In this document: positions 19,061-30,079 of the stretch, piece by piece
How positions within the stretch are numbered: position 1 is the stretch's first letter
How the letters are laid out: the number at the start of each line of letters is the position of its first letter
Source: an uncultured Micrococcaceae bacterium
GTDB lineage: Bacteria; Actinomycetota; Actinomycetes; Actinomycetales; Micrococcaceae
NCBI GenBank assembly: GCA_947502645.1
Contig: CANNAD010000003.1
Span: forward strand, 54,622-118,621
Reading direction: 5' to 3'
DNA length: 64,000 nucleotides
Notes under the pieces: model-generated
The model's database searches: none
What the model was told of the DNA's origin: nothing
What the model saw: only the letters and a program-made list of their open reading frames with translations
Translations under genes and position numbers: made by a program

Positions 19061-19495
19061 TTATGACAGAATCCAGATCCGGACCGGAGTAGTGACAGCT
19101 ACAGCCCAGAGGAGAGACGCAAGGGTGCCGATGATGAAGCGCTCTGATGCTGCTGGAGTCTCGCGTAGCTCCGGGTACCGGCCGAGTCCCTTGATGGCGA
19201 CAATGTAGGCAATGGCAACGGATTCGCCTGTCAAGATGGCAACCGCGACACCCAGCCGTTCCAGAATGCCGATGAGGAGTCCGCCGCGCAGGATGCTCCT
19301 TGCCTGCACTGGGGTCAGCTTCTCCTCATCTGCAGGCGGCGTCTCCCCCGCTCCGCCTTCGGGCTGTGGAGGCGGATCAGCCTCGAGAGGATTCGAAGTA
19401 CCCACGCTGCCAGCCATACGCAGTACCGCTGCTGCAACCGGCCACCCGCCCGCTGCTGCCACCAGCAGTGCAAGGACGACGATGAGAATATCCAT
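19061..19495 (-). CDS. small membrane protein, partner of the SatD-like gene (possibly DUF3307-like)
   Basis: 144 aa: N-terminal TM, Pro/Glu-rich linker, then LLIGILERLGVAVAILTGESVAIAYIVAIKGLGRY and a further TM. Its ATG 19495 directly abuts the upstream TGA (19496-19498). Confidence 0.4.
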   Translation of the reverse strand: MDILIVVLALLVAAAGGWPVAAAVLRMAGSVGTSNPLEADPPPQPEGGAGETPPADEEKLTPVQARSILRGGLLIGILERLGVAVAILTGESVAIAYIVAIKGLGRYPELRETPAASERFIIGTLASLLWAVAVTTPVRIWILS

Positions 19496-20104
19496 TCAGC
19501 TCTCCAGGGTCTTGTTGTCCGAATTGGCCCGCTCCAGCAGGAACGCCGCGGCAGGACGGGCTGCCCATTCTTCCTGCCAGCCTGACCGCCGGACGGATTT
19601 ACTGACAGCCTGCGGAGTAATTCCGAGGGCTGCGGCAGCAGCAGTCTGGCCGCCGCGATGGCCCGGACGCAGCAGATCCAGAACACGCCATTCAGAGTCG
19701 GTACGTCTGGTGATCAATCCACCCAGGAGAATGAGGACAGCTTCTGCATCCGCCGCTTCAGGAGAGCCCTCAACGGCGAGGGGAACACGGTCCCCGGACT
19801 TCTTGGCTCGTTCGACGGCATTCCTCGCCGCAATAAACGCCTCTCCCGCGGCTTCTCGCGTGGTCTCTGGCAACGGCAGGCTCACCTGCCCCGTGCCGAT
19901 CCCGACATGCCAGTTACCCATCCGCAAAGCGATGGATGCGGCATCAATGACGTTCGGGGCAGCATCGAGGACGCCCTGGATTTCGTCGCCAATGGTTCGT
20001 TCAAAACCCAGCACGGTCTCTACCGCCCCAAGTTTTTCCAAAAGCTTGGGGACGTCGTCGGACGTTTGCCGGCTACCCTGCTGATCGATGGTCATCACGA
20101 ACAT
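19496..20104 (-). CDS. SatD-like protein: cyclase-palm-like N-domain plus C-terminal helix-turn-helix
   Basis: 202 aa with MTIDQQGSR…ERTIGDEIQGVL…WHVGIGTGQV…EAFIAARNAVERAKK (SatD-type pattern, from memory). C-terminal GGQTAAAAALGITPQAVSKSVRRSGW looks like an HTH. Confidence 0.5.
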   Translation of the reverse strand: MFVMTIDQQGSRQTSDDVPKLLEKLGAVETVLGFERTIGDEIQGVLDAAPNVIDAASIALRMGNWHVGIGTGQVSLPLPETTREAAGEAFIAARNAVERAKKSGDRVPLAVEGSPEAADAEAVLILLGGLITRRTDSEWRVLDLLRPGHRGGQTAAAAALGITPQAVSKSVRRSGWQEEWAARPAAAFLLERANSDNKTLES

Positions 20105-20163
20105 ACGACAACCTTATGAGGTTGATATACGGAAATCAACCATTTGTGGATGATCAACGGTTA

Positions 20164-21507
20164 TCAACCAAAAATATTCACAGGCTTCACGATGTCAGCG
20201 TAAATCAACAACGCACCCATACCCAGCATGAGAATTGCCACCGCGTACGTCAGCGGAAGGAGCTTGGCCATATCGAAAGGACCAGGGTCCGGGCGATGGA
20301 ACAATTTCGCAAAGCCGCGCCGCACCGCCTCCCACAAAGCACCGGCAACATGGCCTCCATCCAACGGCAGCAACGGAATCAGGTTGAAGACAAACAGCGC
20401 CAGGTTCACGCCGCCGACCAACCCAACCAAATACGCTGCACGGGACTGAAGCGGAACTTCCTCCATCGCCGAAACCTCACCAGCTATCCTGCCAACGCCC
20501 ACCACGCTGATAGGACCGTTGGGGTCCCGCGGCGCATCCGAAAAAGCCGCCTGCCCCACCTCCACCACTCGCTGCGGCAGATGAAGTACGACGCCGGTCA
20601 CTCCCGCCAGGCTCTGACCAACAGCTGGCATGACCTCGCTCGCGGGCTGGGGAACCATCTCCTGCTGTGACCCCACACCAATAAAGCCCACCTCGCGCAT
20701 GAGAACCTGGCCGGACTCATCCGTCGCCGGCTCGCCGTCGTCGTTCGGAATGGGACGCTGCGACAGCAGCGGTGTGATCTCTGTATCCATCCGCTCTCCA
20801 TCGCGGATGACTGACATGGACACTGTTTGTCCAGCTGCCGCGCGGATTCGGGCTGACATGCCGTCCCACGACTCAACAGGCTGGTCATTGAACGCAACAA
20901 TGGTGTCCCCCGGCAACAGGCCGGCCGCCGACGCCGGCGCCTTTGGATCATCAGGCCCACAGGTGCTCTGCCCTGTCCTGGCCTGCTGACTCGCAGGAAT
21001 CACACACTCCGACACGCTTGAAATCGTGGTGGTTGGCTGAGGTGACCCGAACCCCATGATCAACACGGCAAAAAGGACGATTCCGATGAGCAGGTTCATC
21101 ATGGGACCACCGAGCATGATGATGATCCGTTTCCAGACCGCGAGCTTATAGAAGACCCGGTTCTCATCCCCTGGCCGCAGCTGCTCCGCCATGGCAGTGC
21201 GGGCATCAGCACTCAACTGCTGGAACACGCCGGTGGTGGACTGGCGAACCCTGGACTCATCATCGCGAGCTGGCGGAAACATGCCGACCATGGAGACATA
21301 TCCACCGGCGGGAATGGCTTTGACCCCGTACTCGGTCTCGCCGCGACGCCTCGACCAGATGGTGGGCCCGAAACCGATCATGTACTGGGTGACCCGCACA
21401 CCAAAAATTTTCGCTGGCACCAGATGGCCGATCTCGTGCAGCGCGATCGACACAGCCACGCCGACGACAACGACGAGGACTCCCAGAATAAACAGCAATA
21501 CGGTCAC
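20164..21507 (-). CDS. M50 site-2 (RIP) zinc metalloprotease with PDZ domain, Rip1/RseP type
   Basis: 447 aa with HEIGHLVPAK (HExxH) in TM1, a central PDZ-like region, and a C-terminal LNLIPLLPLDGGH motif. Confidence 0.9.
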   Translation of the reverse strand: MTVLLFILGVLVVVVGVAVSIALHEIGHLVPAKIFGVRVTQYMIGFGPTIWSRRRGETEYGVKAIPAGGYVSMVGMFPPARDDESRVRQSTTGVFQQLSADARTAMAEQLRPGDENRVFYKLAVWKRIIIMLGGPMMNLLIGIVLFAVLIMGFGSPQPTTTISSVSECVIPASQQARTGQSTCGPDDPKAPASAAGLLPGDTIVAFNDQPVESWDGMSARIRAAAGQTVSMSVIRDGERMDTEITPLLSQRPIPNDDGEPATDESGQVLMREVGFIGVGSQQEMVPQPASEVMPAVGQSLAGVTGVVLHLPQRVVEVGQAAFSDAPRDPNGPISVVGVGRIAGEVSAMEEVPLQSRAAYLVGLVGGVNLALFVFNLIPLLPLDGGHVAGALWEAVRRGFAKLFHRPDPGPFDMAKLLPLTYAVAILMLGMGALLIYADIVKPVNIFG

Positions 21508-21555
21508 AATGATCCCAAACGTTCAGCAGCGCGAATTGGTGCCCGGCGCATCCTC

Positions 21556-22371
21556 TCAGGAGCGAACGCGGTGAACCGTTGCTTCGGCGTGGCGGAGAAT
21601 AGGACCGTCAATCATCCGGCCGTCCAGCTGAAAAACTCCACCTTGGCCCTCGGCAGCAGCCAAAACGCGGCGGGCATACTCGGCCTCTTCAGCCGATGGC
21701 TCGTACGCTCTCCTGACAGTTTCTGCCTGCTCGGGATGGATACAGGCCTTGGCCCCAAACCCGGAAGCAACGGCATCACGGGACTCTTCGCCGAGACCGG
21801 CCAGGTCCTTGAAATCCAGGTAGACCGAATCGATGGCTACCTTTCCGTACGCTCCTGCCGCCAGAAGAACGCGTGAACGCGCATGCAGCGCTACATCCCG
21901 ATAACCGCCCCCGGAGTGCCTGCTGGACGTCCCACCCAGCGAAGCAACGAGATCCTCAGCACCCCACATCAGACCAACAACATTTCTGATTTCGGCAATG
22001 CGCGGTGCAGCCAGAATTCCCGCCGCTGTCTCGCACAGAGCTATCACGCGGTACCGGACGAGATCCGCAAGCGCTCCCGGATCTTCGGCTTTGGGCACCA
22101 TGATGGTGGAATACTCGGTTTTCTTCAGAGCAGCCACATCAAGATCAAAGTCAGCGGTACCCTGCGCGTTGACACGGACTATGGTCCGCTCCGGATCCAG
22201 TGGATTTGCCAGCAGCGCCTCCCGTGCCTGCGCCTTGTCCTCCGGCGCGACTGCGTCCTCCAGATCCAGAATGACGGCGTCCGCCCTGTCCATCGCCTTC
22301 GCGTAGCGTTCCGGCCGGTTAGCTGGGCAGAACAACAACGCCGGACCCATGCCAAACACGTTGTGCATCAT
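21556..22371 (-). CDS. CitE-like (HpcH/HpaI fold) beta-hydroxyacyl-CoA lyase
   Basis: 271 aa with LLFCPANRPERYAKA…ADAVILDLEDAV…CIHPEQ. Overlaps the MaoC gene stop by 4 nt. Confidence 0.85.
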   Translation of the reverse strand: MMHNVFGMGPALLFCPANRPERYAKAMDRADAVILDLEDAVAPEDKAQAREALLANPLDPERTIVRVNAQGTADFDLDVAALKKTEYSTIMVPKAEDPGALADLVRYRVIALCETAAGILAAPRIAEIRNVVGLMWGAEDLVASLGGTSSRHSGGGYRDVALHARSRVLLAAGAYGKVAIDSVYLDFKDLAGLGEESRDAVASGFGAKACIHPEQAETVRRAYEPSAEEAEYARRVLAAAEGQGGVFQLDGRMIDGPILRHAEATVHRVRS

Positions 22372-22886
22372 CGACGGGCCCCTTCAACGTGACCTTCACG
22401 AGTCCACATCAGGCAGGTGCGCGTCGCCAGAGCCACGACAGCTCCATCCTGGTTACGGCCAGTGTGAGTCATCGTCACGATTCCCTGGCCGGGACGCGAG
22501 GACGACGGCCGCATGTCCGTCACCACGGTCTCCGTGTACAGGGTGTCACCCTGATAGAGCGGGTGCGGAAACTTCACGTCAGTCAGGCCGAGCTGGGCAA
22601 CAATCGTTCCCTGGGTCAGCTGCGCCACGGACTGGCCAACCATGGTTGCCAACGTGAACATCGAATTCATCAACCGCTGACCGAACGGCTGACATTCGCT
22701 CCAGGCGGCGTCAAGATGAAGCGCCTGCGTATTCATTGTCATTGTGGTGAACAGAACATTGTCCGTTTCCGTCACGGTTCGGCCGGGCTTATGCGCGTAG
22801 ACGGTGTTCATCTCGATCTCGTCGAAATACAAACCCCGCTCCTCCACGACCTTCCGGGGAGCTGCGTCGCTGGAAGTATCACTCAT
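22368..22886 (-). CDS. MaoC-family (R)-specific enoyl-CoA hydratase
   Basis: 172 aa hot-dog fold: …[24 protein letters not shown]…. Has 4-nt overlaps at both ends. Confidence 0.85.
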   Translation of the reverse strand: MSDTSSDAAPRKVVEERGLYFDEIEMNTVYAHKPGRTVTETDNVLFTTMTMNTQALHLDAAWSECQPFGQRLMNSMFTLATMVGQSVAQLTQGTIVAQLGLTDVKFPHPLYQGDTLYTETVVTDMRPSSSRPGQGIVTMTHTGRNQDGAVVALATRTCLMWTREGHVEGARR

Positions 22887-23527
22887 GTGAGTTGGACCTC
22901 CAGCTCTGCGCCAGTGGCGGCGACGACGTCGTCCACGCTTACACCCGGCGCCGTTTCACGCAGGATCAGACCGCTACCATCTGCTGCCACGTCAATGACA
23001 GCCAGATCAGTGATGATCCGGTTCACGCATCCCCTGCCCGTCAAGGGAAGGGTGCACTGCGGCAGGATCTTGGGATTACCCTTGCGATCCACGTGCTCCA
23101 TCATGATGATCAGCTTCTTGGCACCGAACACCAGATCCATGGCGCCGCCCATTCCCTTGACCATCTTGCCGGGAATCATCCAGTTGGCAAGGTCGCCGTT
23201 CGCGGCGACCTCCATCGCCCCCAGCACAGCCACATCGACATGGCCACCGCGGACCATCCCAAATGACAACGACGAATCAAAGAACGAGGCACCCTTGTTG
23301 ACGGTCACCGTTTCTTTGCCGGCATTGATCAAATCCGGGTCCACGCTGTCCTCGGCAGGATAGGGGCCGGTGCCCAGAATCCCGTTCTCGGAATGCAGGA
23401 CAACTTCAACACCTTCGGGTATGTAATTCGGGATCAATGTGGGCATCCCAATACCCAGGTTCACGTACTGACCGTTCTGCAGCTCCTGTGCAACCCGGGC
23501 GGCAAGTTCGTTACGAGTCAACGCCAT
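22883..23527 (-). CDS. scoB: 3-oxoacid (succinyl-CoA) CoA-transferase subunit B
   Basis: 214 aa: …LHSENGILG…GGAMDLV…. Confidence 0.9.
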   Translation of the reverse strand: MALTRNELAARVAQELQNGQYVNLGIGMPTLIPNYIPEGVEVVLHSENGILGTGPYPAEDSVDPDLINAGKETVTVNKGASFFDSSLSFGMVRGGHVDVAVLGAMEVAANGDLANWMIPGKMVKGMGGAMDLVFGAKKLIIMMEHVDRKGNPKILPQCTLPLTGRGCVNRIITDLAVIDVAADGSGLILRETAPGVSVDDVVAATGAELEVQLT

Positions 23528-23529
23528 GA

Positions 23530-24315
23530 TCAGTTCCCTTCCCCGATAGCGGCCGGTTCCGACACTGTGCGTTTCTCAATACGCTTCTCACTCTGCGGGC
23601 TCCCAGCCTCTACCGGCACTACCCGCTGTACAAATATTCCGGGGATATGGACGTGTTCAGGATCCAGTTCACCTGGCTCCACGAGCTCCTCCACCTCGGC
23701 AATCGTTATCTTTCCCGCCATGGCGCACAACGGGTTGAAGTTCATCGCAGTGGCGTGGAACATCAAGTTGCCGTGGCGATCACCCTTCCATGCGTGCACA
23801 AGTGCGAAATCGGGAGTCACCGACTCTTCGAGCACGTACTCGGCACCGTTGAAAACACGCACATCCTTGGGCTCCGAAGCGACCGCAACTGCACCGTCGG
23901 CGTCGTACTTCTGCGGTAGGCCACCCTCACTGACCTGCGTACCGACTCCCGCGCTCGTGTAGAAAGCGGGAATCCCGGCGCCGCCGGCGCGCAGCTTCTC
24001 GGCAAGAGTCCCCTGCGGAGTCAGAACAACTTCTAGCTCACCGGAGAGAAACTGTCGTGCGAACTCCTTGTTCTCCCCCACGTAAGAGCTGACGGTCCGA
24101 CGGATGCGGCCGTCAGAGAGGAGCACACCGAGCCCCCAGTCATCCACCCCACAGTTGTTGCTGATGGTCTCAAGATCTGTTGTGCCCTGATCGTGCAGTG
24201 CGCTGATGAGCGCGACAGGGATTCCGCACAGCCCGAACCCGCCAACAGCAAGGGACGCGCCATCCGGGATGTCAGCAACGGCATCGGCCGCGCTGGATAC
24301 AACCTTGTCAATCAC
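23530..24315 (-). CDS. scoA: 3-oxoacid (succinyl-CoA) CoA-transferase subunit A
   Basis: 261 aa: [33 protein letters not shown]…. Confidence 0.9.
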   Translation of the reverse strand: MIDKVVSSAADAVADIPDGASLAVGGFGLCGIPVALISALHDQGTTDLETISNNCGVDDWGLGVLLSDGRIRRTVSSYVGENKEFARQFLSGELEVVLTPQGTLAEKLRAGGAGIPAFYTSAGVGTQVSEGGLPQKYDADGAVAVASEPKDVRVFNGAEYVLEESVTPDFALVHAWKGDRHGNLMFHATAMNFNPLCAMAGKITIAEVEELVEPGELDPEHVHIPGIFVQRVVPVEAGSPQSEKRIEKRTVSEPAAIGEGN

Positions 24316-24343
24316 GGTAACTCCTTCGTCAGTGGTCCGTTGC

Positions 24344-25519
24344 CTAGAGGCCGAGGTCCCGCGCGATCAACATCAGCTGCACTTCGGTGGTGCCTTCGCC
24401 GACTTCGAGAATCTTCGAATCACGGTAATGCCGGGCGACGACGAACTCGTTGATGAAACCGTAGCCGCCGAAGACCTGCGTGGCGTCCCTGGCGTTATCC
24501 ATCGCTGCCTCGCCTGCGATCATCTTAGCCATCGCCGCGTGCGTCTTGAAGGGCTTGCCAGCGAGCATACGTGCCGCAGCGTCGTAGTAGGCCAGACGGG
24601 CTGTGTGGGCCCGTGCCTGCATCCGCGCAATCTTGAACTGGATCGCCTGGAACGAGCCGATATTCGTGCCGAAGGCCTGACGCTCCTTGGCGTAACGAAC
24701 ACACTGCTCCACGCAACCCTGGGCAGCACCCGTGGCCAGAGCTGCGATCGCAACGCGGCCCTCATCGAGGATGGACAGGAAGTTGGCGTAGCCGCGGCCG
24801 CGCTCACCCAGAAGGTTTTCCTCCGGAACGTGCACGTCATTCAACGTCAGCGGATGTGTATCCGAAGCGTTCCAACCAACCTTGTTGTAAGCCTTCTCCG
24901 CTGTAAAACCCGGTGTGCTGGTGGGGACGAGGATCGTCGAGATTTCCTTCTTCACCGACCCGTCAGGGCGCTCTGACTGCCCGGTCACGGCCGTAACCGT
25001 CACGAGTTTGGTGATGTCCGTGCCGGAGTTCGTGATGAACTCCTTGTTTCCGTTGATGACCCATTCACTGCCGTTGCCGCCGTCGACAAGCTTGGCCGTC
25101 GTCTTGGTTCCGCCAGCATCCGAACCGGCCTCCGGCTCCGTCAGCCCGAAACCGGCTAGAGCCTTACCGCTGGCAAGTAGCGGCAGCCATTCCTGCTTCT
25201 GCGCGTCCGTACCGAAACGGTGGACGGGCATGGCACCCAGGGAACAACCAGCCTCAAGTGTGATGGCCACGGACTGGTCCACCCGTGCGATCTGTTCCAG
25301 CGCGAGCGAGAGAGCGAAATAGTCCCCGCCCATGCCGCCGAACTCCTCGGGGAACGGCAGACCAAACAAGCCCATGTCCGCCATCTGCGAGACAACCTCA
25401 TAGGGAAAGCTGTGCTCTTCATCGTGCTTGGCCGAGACCGGCGCAATGACCTCGTCAGCGAATTCGCGGACGGTGTCCACCAGGTCCTGGTGGTCCTCAC
25501 TCAGTTCGAAGTTTGGCAT
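24344..25519 (-). CDS. acyl-CoA dehydrogenase, isovaleryl-CoA dehydrogenase-like
   Basis: 391 aa: …[15 protein letters not shown]…, …[17 protein letters not shown]…. Lies in a carboxylase/lyase operon. Confidence 0.9.
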   Translation of the reverse strand: MPNFELSEDHQDLVDTVREFADEVIAPVSAKHDEEHSFPYEVVSQMADMGLFGLPFPEEFGGMGGDYFALSLALEQIARVDQSVAITLEAGCSLGAMPVHRFGTDAQKQEWLPLLASGKALAGFGLTEPEAGSDAGGTKTTAKLVDGGNGSEWVINGNKEFITNSGTDITKLVTVTAVTGQSERPDGSVKKEISTILVPTSTPGFTAEKAYNKVGWNASDTHPLTLNDVHVPEENLLGERGRGYANFLSILDEGRVAIAALATGAAQGCVEQCVRYAKERQAFGTNIGSFQAIQFKIARMQARAHTARLAYYDAAARMLAGKPFKTHAAMAKMIAGEAAMDNARDATQVFGGYGFINEFVVARHYRDSKILEVGEGTTEVQLMLIARDLGL

Positions 25520-25527
25520 CGTCTTTC

Positions 25528-27582
25528 CTATTCTGTGACGGAGCTCGCAGGAGCCCCTGTTTCCGGGGCAGGATCTTCTGCCGTGATGGTTGCAACGACC
25601 TGGCGTGCTTTCACGAGGTCGCCTGCCTTGAGCGAGACGGCGACAGTACCCGCCATCGGCGCCGTCAATTGGTGTTCCATTTTCATGGCCTCGACCGTGA
25701 CAAGCGTCTGGCCAGCCTCCACGGTTTCGCCGTCACTCACCGATACGGACACGACGGTGCCCGGCATCGAGGAACGCACATCCGGGTCCACTGCGCCTTC
25801 AGCGCGAAGGATCGCAGCAAGCTCCGCCTGCAGGCGCTCCTGGCGATCCGGTGCACTGACCGGGACCGACCAGCCGTCGTCGAAGTACCAGACCGTGCGG
25901 CCGTCAGAAGCGATGGACAGACGACGTCGGACGCCGTCCACGGTCGTGAAACCCGCCCCTGCCTCCTGCTGGACCATGATGACTGCGCCGTCAGCTGCGC
26001 TAACTCGGTAGCCAGCCTCGGTGATCTCTACCTCGAAAGTCTGGATGTTGCCGGGCTCTACCTCCAGGCTCACCCTCCGACCTCGTCGGGCGCCGATCCT
26101 CCAGCCGTCGCGTCTGGTCCACGGGGAACCCGCACGCGCGTCATCTCGCTGCTGCGCAGCATCCGCGCCCTGCATGGATGACACCGCGATCACGGCAAGT
26201 TCGGCATCCGTCACGCGACGGAACGCGAACTCGGGCATTTTGCGTTCGATCATCGTGGTGTCGAGCCGTCCGGCGCGAACATCCTCATCGTTGATCAGCA
26301 GCCGCAGATACTCTGTATTCGTTTTGACACCGAGCACCATGGTGTCCGCCAGCGCACGATCCAGACGGTTGAAGGCTTCCTCACGATCCTCTCCCCAGGC
26401 AATGACCTTGGAAATCATCGGGTCATAGTTGGATGAGATGGAAATCCCTTCCAACAAGGAGCTGTCCACCCGTATGCCCTCACCGACCGGCTCCTGGAGC
26501 CGCAGCACGGTTCCGGTTGAGGGAAGGAAGGAATCTTCAGGATCTTCAGCGTAGACACGGGCCTCGACCGCGTGCCCGTGCAACTCGATGTCATCCTGTG
26601 CGAGGGTCAGTTTTTCGCCAGCGGCGATGCGGATTTGCCACGCGACCAGGTCAACGCCCGTGATCATTTCCGTAACAGGGTGCTCGACCTGGAGCCGTGT
26701 GTTCATCTCCATGAAGAAAAACTCATCAGGTGCGGAGTCCGAGACGAGGAACTCCACGGTCCCAGCGCCGGTGTAGTCCACGCTACGGGCAGCATCGCAG
26801 GCGGCCTGGCCGATGCGGGCCCTGGTTTTCTCATCGAGCAACGACGACGGCGCCTCTTCGATCACTTTCTGATGCCGGCGCTGGAGCGAGCATTCGCGTT
26901 CACCCAGGTGGATGACGTTTCCATGATTGTCCGCGAGGACCTGCACCTCGATATGCCGCGGGGTCAGGACCAGCCGCTCCATGAAAAGTGTGTCGTCGCC
27001 GAAAGCCGAAGCAGCGACCCTGCGCGCGGTCGGCAGTGTGCCAGCCAGGTCCTCCTGCCTCTCGACGACGTGCATGCCCTTTCCTCCGCCGCCGGCGGAG
27101 GGTTTGATCAGCAACGGGTACCCGACTCCCGGCGCTTCGGCAAGAAGCTGCTCATCGGTCAACCCAGGTTCTGCGATGCCCGGAACCACCGGGACGCCGT
27201 GGGCCATGACGTGATTTTTCGACCGGATCTTGTCGCCCATGACATTCAACGAATGGACGCTCGGACCGATGAACGTGATGCCCGCTTCCTCGAGGGCGCG
27301 CGCGAATTCGACGTTCTCGCTCAGGAAGCCATAACCGGGGTGAACCGCCGTCGCGCCGCTGACCCGGCAAGCATTAACAATGGCCTCAATGTTGAGATAA
27401 CTCTCCGCGGCCGAAGCCGGGCCGATGTGCACCGCTTCATCAGCCTCGCGGACATGCCGCGCTTCGGCGTCCGCATCACTGTAGACAGCAACAGACCGGA
27501 TGCCAAGCTCACGCAGGGTCCGGATAACGCGGCACGCAATTTCACCACGGTTAGCGACAAGTACTGTGTCAAAAAGTTTCAT
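25528..27582 (-). CDS. acyl-CoA (methylcrotonyl-CoA type) carboxylase alpha subunit: biotin carboxylase plus BCCP
   Basis: [22 protein letters not shown]… at the N-terminus and the biotinyl-lysine motif VEAMKMEH near the C-terminus. The track ORF (to 27801) is trimmed to ATG 27582, 5 nt after the upstream stop. Confidence 0.92.
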   Translation of the reverse strand: MKLFDTVLVANRGEIACRVIRTLRELGIRSVAVYSDADAEARHVREADEAVHIGPASAAESYLNIEAIVNACRVSGATAVHPGYGFLSENVEFARALEEAGITFIGPSVHSLNVMGDKIRSKNHVMAHGVPVVPGIAEPGLTDEQLLAEAPGVGYPLLIKPSAGGGGKGMHVVERQEDLAGTLPTARRVAASAFGDDTLFMERLVLTPRHIEVQVLADNHGNVIHLGERECSLQRRHQKVIEEAPSSLLDEKTRARIGQAACDAARSVDYTGAGTVEFLVSDSAPDEFFFMEMNTRLQVEHPVTEMITGVDLVAWQIRIAAGEKLTLAQDDIELHGHAVEARVYAEDPEDSFLPSTGTVLRLQEPVGEGIRVDSSLLEGISISSNYDPMISKVIAWGEDREEAFNRLDRALADTMVLGVKTNTEYLRLLINDEDVRAGRLDTTMIERKMPEFAFRRVTDAELAVIAVSSMQGADAAQQRDDARAGSPWTRRDGWRIGARRGRRVSLEVEPGNIQTFEVEITEAGYRVSAADGAVIMVQQEAGAGFTTVDGVRRRLSIASDGRTVWYFDDGWSVPVSAPDRQERLQAELAAILRAEGAVDPDVRSSMPGTVVSVSVSDGETVEAGQTLVTVEAMKMEHQLTAPMAGTVAVSLKAGDLVKARQVVATITAEDPAPETGAPASSVTE

Positions 27583-27586
27583 GCCA

Positions 27587-29191
27587 TCACATCCGGAAGA
27601 GGCCGAAGGATGTCTCCTCCAGCGGTTTGTTGGCGCAGACATCAAGCGCGAGGCCAAGGACCGTTCGGGTATCCGCCGGATCGATGATGCCATCGTCCCA
27701 GAGACGGGCAGTCGAGTAATAGGGGTTTCCCTGGTCCTCGTACTGTTGCCGGATAGGAGCCTTGAACGATTCCTCGTCCTCCGCGCTCCACTCATCTCCA
27801 CGGCTCTCGAGCTGGTCCCGCTTCACGGTCGCGAGAACCGAGGACGCCTGATTGCCGCCCATCACCGAGATGCGGCTCGCAGGCCACATCCACAGGAAAC
27901 GCGGGGAATACGCCCGCCCGCACATGGAGTAATTTCCGGCCCCGAAGGAGCCACCAATAATGACTGTGAGCTTGGGAACACGGCACGTAGCGACGGCCGT
28001 CACCATCTTGGCGCCGTTCTTGGCGATACCGCCGGCCTCATAGTCACGGCCCACCATGAAGCCGGACAGGTTCTGCAAAAAGATCAGGGGAATCCCGCGC
28101 TGATCGCACAGTTCAATAAAGTGCGCACCCTTCAGCGCTGATTCGCTGAAAAGAACACCATTGTTGGCTACGATTCCCACCTTGTGTCCGTGGAGGTGCG
28201 CAAAGCCGGTAATCAGCGTTGTTCCATATTCCTTCTTGAACTCATGGAACTCGCTGCCGTCCACAATGCGCGCTATTACTTCGTGGACGTCGTAGGAAGC
28301 GTTGACATCCGTTGGCACCGCACCGTAAAGCTCTTCGGGATCCTCAACGGGAGCGACGCTCTCCTCGATCTCCCACGCCGGGACCTGGCGCGGCAATGTG
28401 GAAACAATGTTCCGCACGATCTCGAGGGCGTGGGCATCATTTTCAGCCAGATGATCAGTGACACCGGAAATACGAGAATGAACATCGCCGCCGCCCAGCT
28501 CCTCAGCTGTGACGATTTCGCCAATTGCCGCTTTGACCAGCGGAGGCCCGCCCAGGAAGATCGTGCCCTGATCCCGGACGATCACCGTTTCATCGCTCAT
28601 GGCGGGGACATAAGCACCGCCGGCAGTGCACGAACCCATGACCGAGGCGATCTGCGGAATCTTCCGCGCAGACATACTGGCCTGGTTAAAGAAGATGCGG
28701 CCAAAGTGTTCACGGTCCGGGAAAACATCGTCCTGCTTGGGAAGGAACGCTCCGCCGGAATCGACCAGGTAGATACACGGAAGATTGTTCTCCAGTGCGA
28801 TCTCCTGGGCCCGCAGATGCTTTTTGACCGTCATGGGGTAGTACGTGCCGCCCTTGACCGTGGCGTCATTGGAAATGATGAGAACATGGCGTCCGTGGAC
28901 CAGGCCCACGCCCGCAATCACGCCCGCGCCGGGCGAATCGTCGTCATACATCCCGTTGGCTGCCAGGGGTGCGATTTCCAAGAACGGACTGCCGTCGTCG
29001 AGCAGGCGTTCGATCCGCTCCCGAGGGAGCAGTTTCCCGCGGGCTACGTGGCGTTCGCGGGAACGCTCCGGTCCGCCAACCGCAGCTGCTGCCAGCTTCT
29101 CCCGTAGCTCCTTGACGAGGCCGCGCTGGGCGGCATCATTTTCCTGGAAGTCCGGGCTCGTAGTGTTCACCCGGGAAACAAGGGTCTCCAT
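27587..29191 (-). CDS. acyl-CoA carboxylase carboxyltransferase (beta) subunit, methylcrotonyl-CoA carboxylase type
   Basis: 534 aa carboxyl transferase domain protein: …[14 protein letters not shown]…, …[16 protein letters not shown]…. Confidence 0.92.
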   Translation of the reverse strand: METLVSRVNTTSPDFQENDAAQRGLVKELREKLAAAAVGGPERSRERHVARGKLLPRERIERLLDDGSPFLEIAPLAANGMYDDDSPGAGVIAGVGLVHGRHVLIISNDATVKGGTYYPMTVKKHLRAQEIALENNLPCIYLVDSGGAFLPKQDDVFPDREHFGRIFFNQASMSARKIPQIASVMGSCTAGGAYVPAMSDETVIVRDQGTIFLGGPPLVKAAIGEIVTAEELGGGDVHSRISGVTDHLAENDAHALEIVRNIVSTLPRQVPAWEIEESVAPVEDPEELYGAVPTDVNASYDVHEVIARIVDGSEFHEFKKEYGTTLITGFAHLHGHKVGIVANNGVLFSESALKGAHFIELCDQRGIPLIFLQNLSGFMVGRDYEAGGIAKNGAKMVTAVATCRVPKLTVIIGGSFGAGNYSMCGRAYSPRFLWMWPASRISVMGGNQASSVLATVKRDQLESRGDEWSAEDEESFKAPIRQQYEDQGNPYYSTARLWDDGIIDPADTRTVLGLALDVCANKPLEETSFGLFRM

Positions 29192-29256
29192 CGACGTCCT
29201 TCTGTGAAGCTGTGCATTGACCGGTAGCGACTAGGCTGTAGCTAAACAATGCGCAT

Positions 29257-29301
29257 CCGGTTAGTCTTTACTAACTGGAATTAGGTTAGTAGCTATTAAC
29301 C
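29257..29301. promoter_or_regulatory. two related palindromes, candidate TetR operators in the divergent accD1/tetR promoter region
   Basis: CCGGTTAGT-cttt-ACTAACTGG (29257-29278; 9-bp arms, 1 mismatch) and GGTTAGTAGCTATTAACC (29284-29301; 18-bp palindrome, 1 mismatched pair). Both contain GGTTAGT. Confidence 0.4.
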
Positions 29302-29390
29302 GACTTGTCCACAAGATCTGTGGTGCGCACCACACTGTCACAACGCGCATCGTGCAGACGAACAAAGGTGCTGCGCGGGAAAGGCTGGGT

Positions 29391-29999
29391 ATGGATCCCG
29401 TGATAAACAGCCGCGCTACAGGGCGAAGCCTCGCAAAGGCCTCCCGGCGCGCGGCACTGCTCGAAGCTGCAGCACAACTCTTTGCCCAGCGCGGCTACAA
29501 CGGCGTCTCCATTGAGGACCTCGGAGCAGCCGCCGGCGTCAGCGGCCCCGCCGTCTACAGGCATTTCAGCGGCAAGCAATCAGTTCTCGGAGCGCTACTC
29601 ACAGGGGTAAGCCAGGATTTGCTGGACGGCGGAATGGCCGTCGTCGCCGAATCTTCAGTTCCGGAGCGGACCCTTCGGGGACTAATAGAATTCCAGGTGG
29701 ACTTCGCGCTGCGCAACGCCAACGTCATCCGCGTGCAGGACAAGGACCTCGGCAGCCTGTCCGAAGAAGACCGCCAAACCGTTCGCTCACTCCAGCGCCA
29801 GTATGTTGAGGTGTGGGTCAATGTGCTGTCCGAGCTTCGCCCTGATCTGGAACGCTCCCTCCTTCGACACCGTGCCCATGCGGGATTCGGTCTTATCAAC
29901 TCGACCCCGCACACCACTCACCGCAGCGCCAACAGCCGGGAGACGGCAGCGTTGCGGCACCTTCTGGAAACCATGTCGTGGGCGGCGCTCAATGCGTGA
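29391..29999 (+). CDS. TetR/AcrR family transcriptional regulator
   Basis: …RRAALLEAAAQLFAQRGYNGVSIEDLGAAAGVSGPAVYRHFSGK… is a TetR HTH. ATG 29391 has a GAAAGG SD; an alternative GTG lies at 29352. Confidence 0.85.
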   Translation: MDPVINSRATGRSLAKASRRAALLEAAAQLFAQRGYNGVSIEDLGAAAGVSGPAVYRHFSGKQSVLGALLTGVSQDLLDGGMAVVAESSVPERTLRGLIEFQVDFALRNANVIRVQDKDLGSLSEEDRQTVRSLQRQYVEVWVNVLSELRPDLERSLLRHRAHAGFGLINSTPHTTHRSANSRETAALRHLLETMSWAALNA

Positions 30000-30079
30000 G
30001 AGCCACAGCCGTGAAGTTCCCTTGTACCCTGAAGTCCTACCAACCCAGCTCCAGCCAACGCCGAGACGAGAGTGCCGCC

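Noticed and set aside
26572-27687. 371-aa plus-strand ORF antisense to the biotin carboxylase gene. Similar long antisense ORFs occur at 4239-5159, 16431-17471, 33045-34109, 28184-29107, 50514-51518, 60102-60899 and 62455-63378.
   Set aside because: Each is fully embedded opposite a gene with strong family motifs. They are Arg/Asp/Gly/His-rich without domains and are expected by chance at this GC content.
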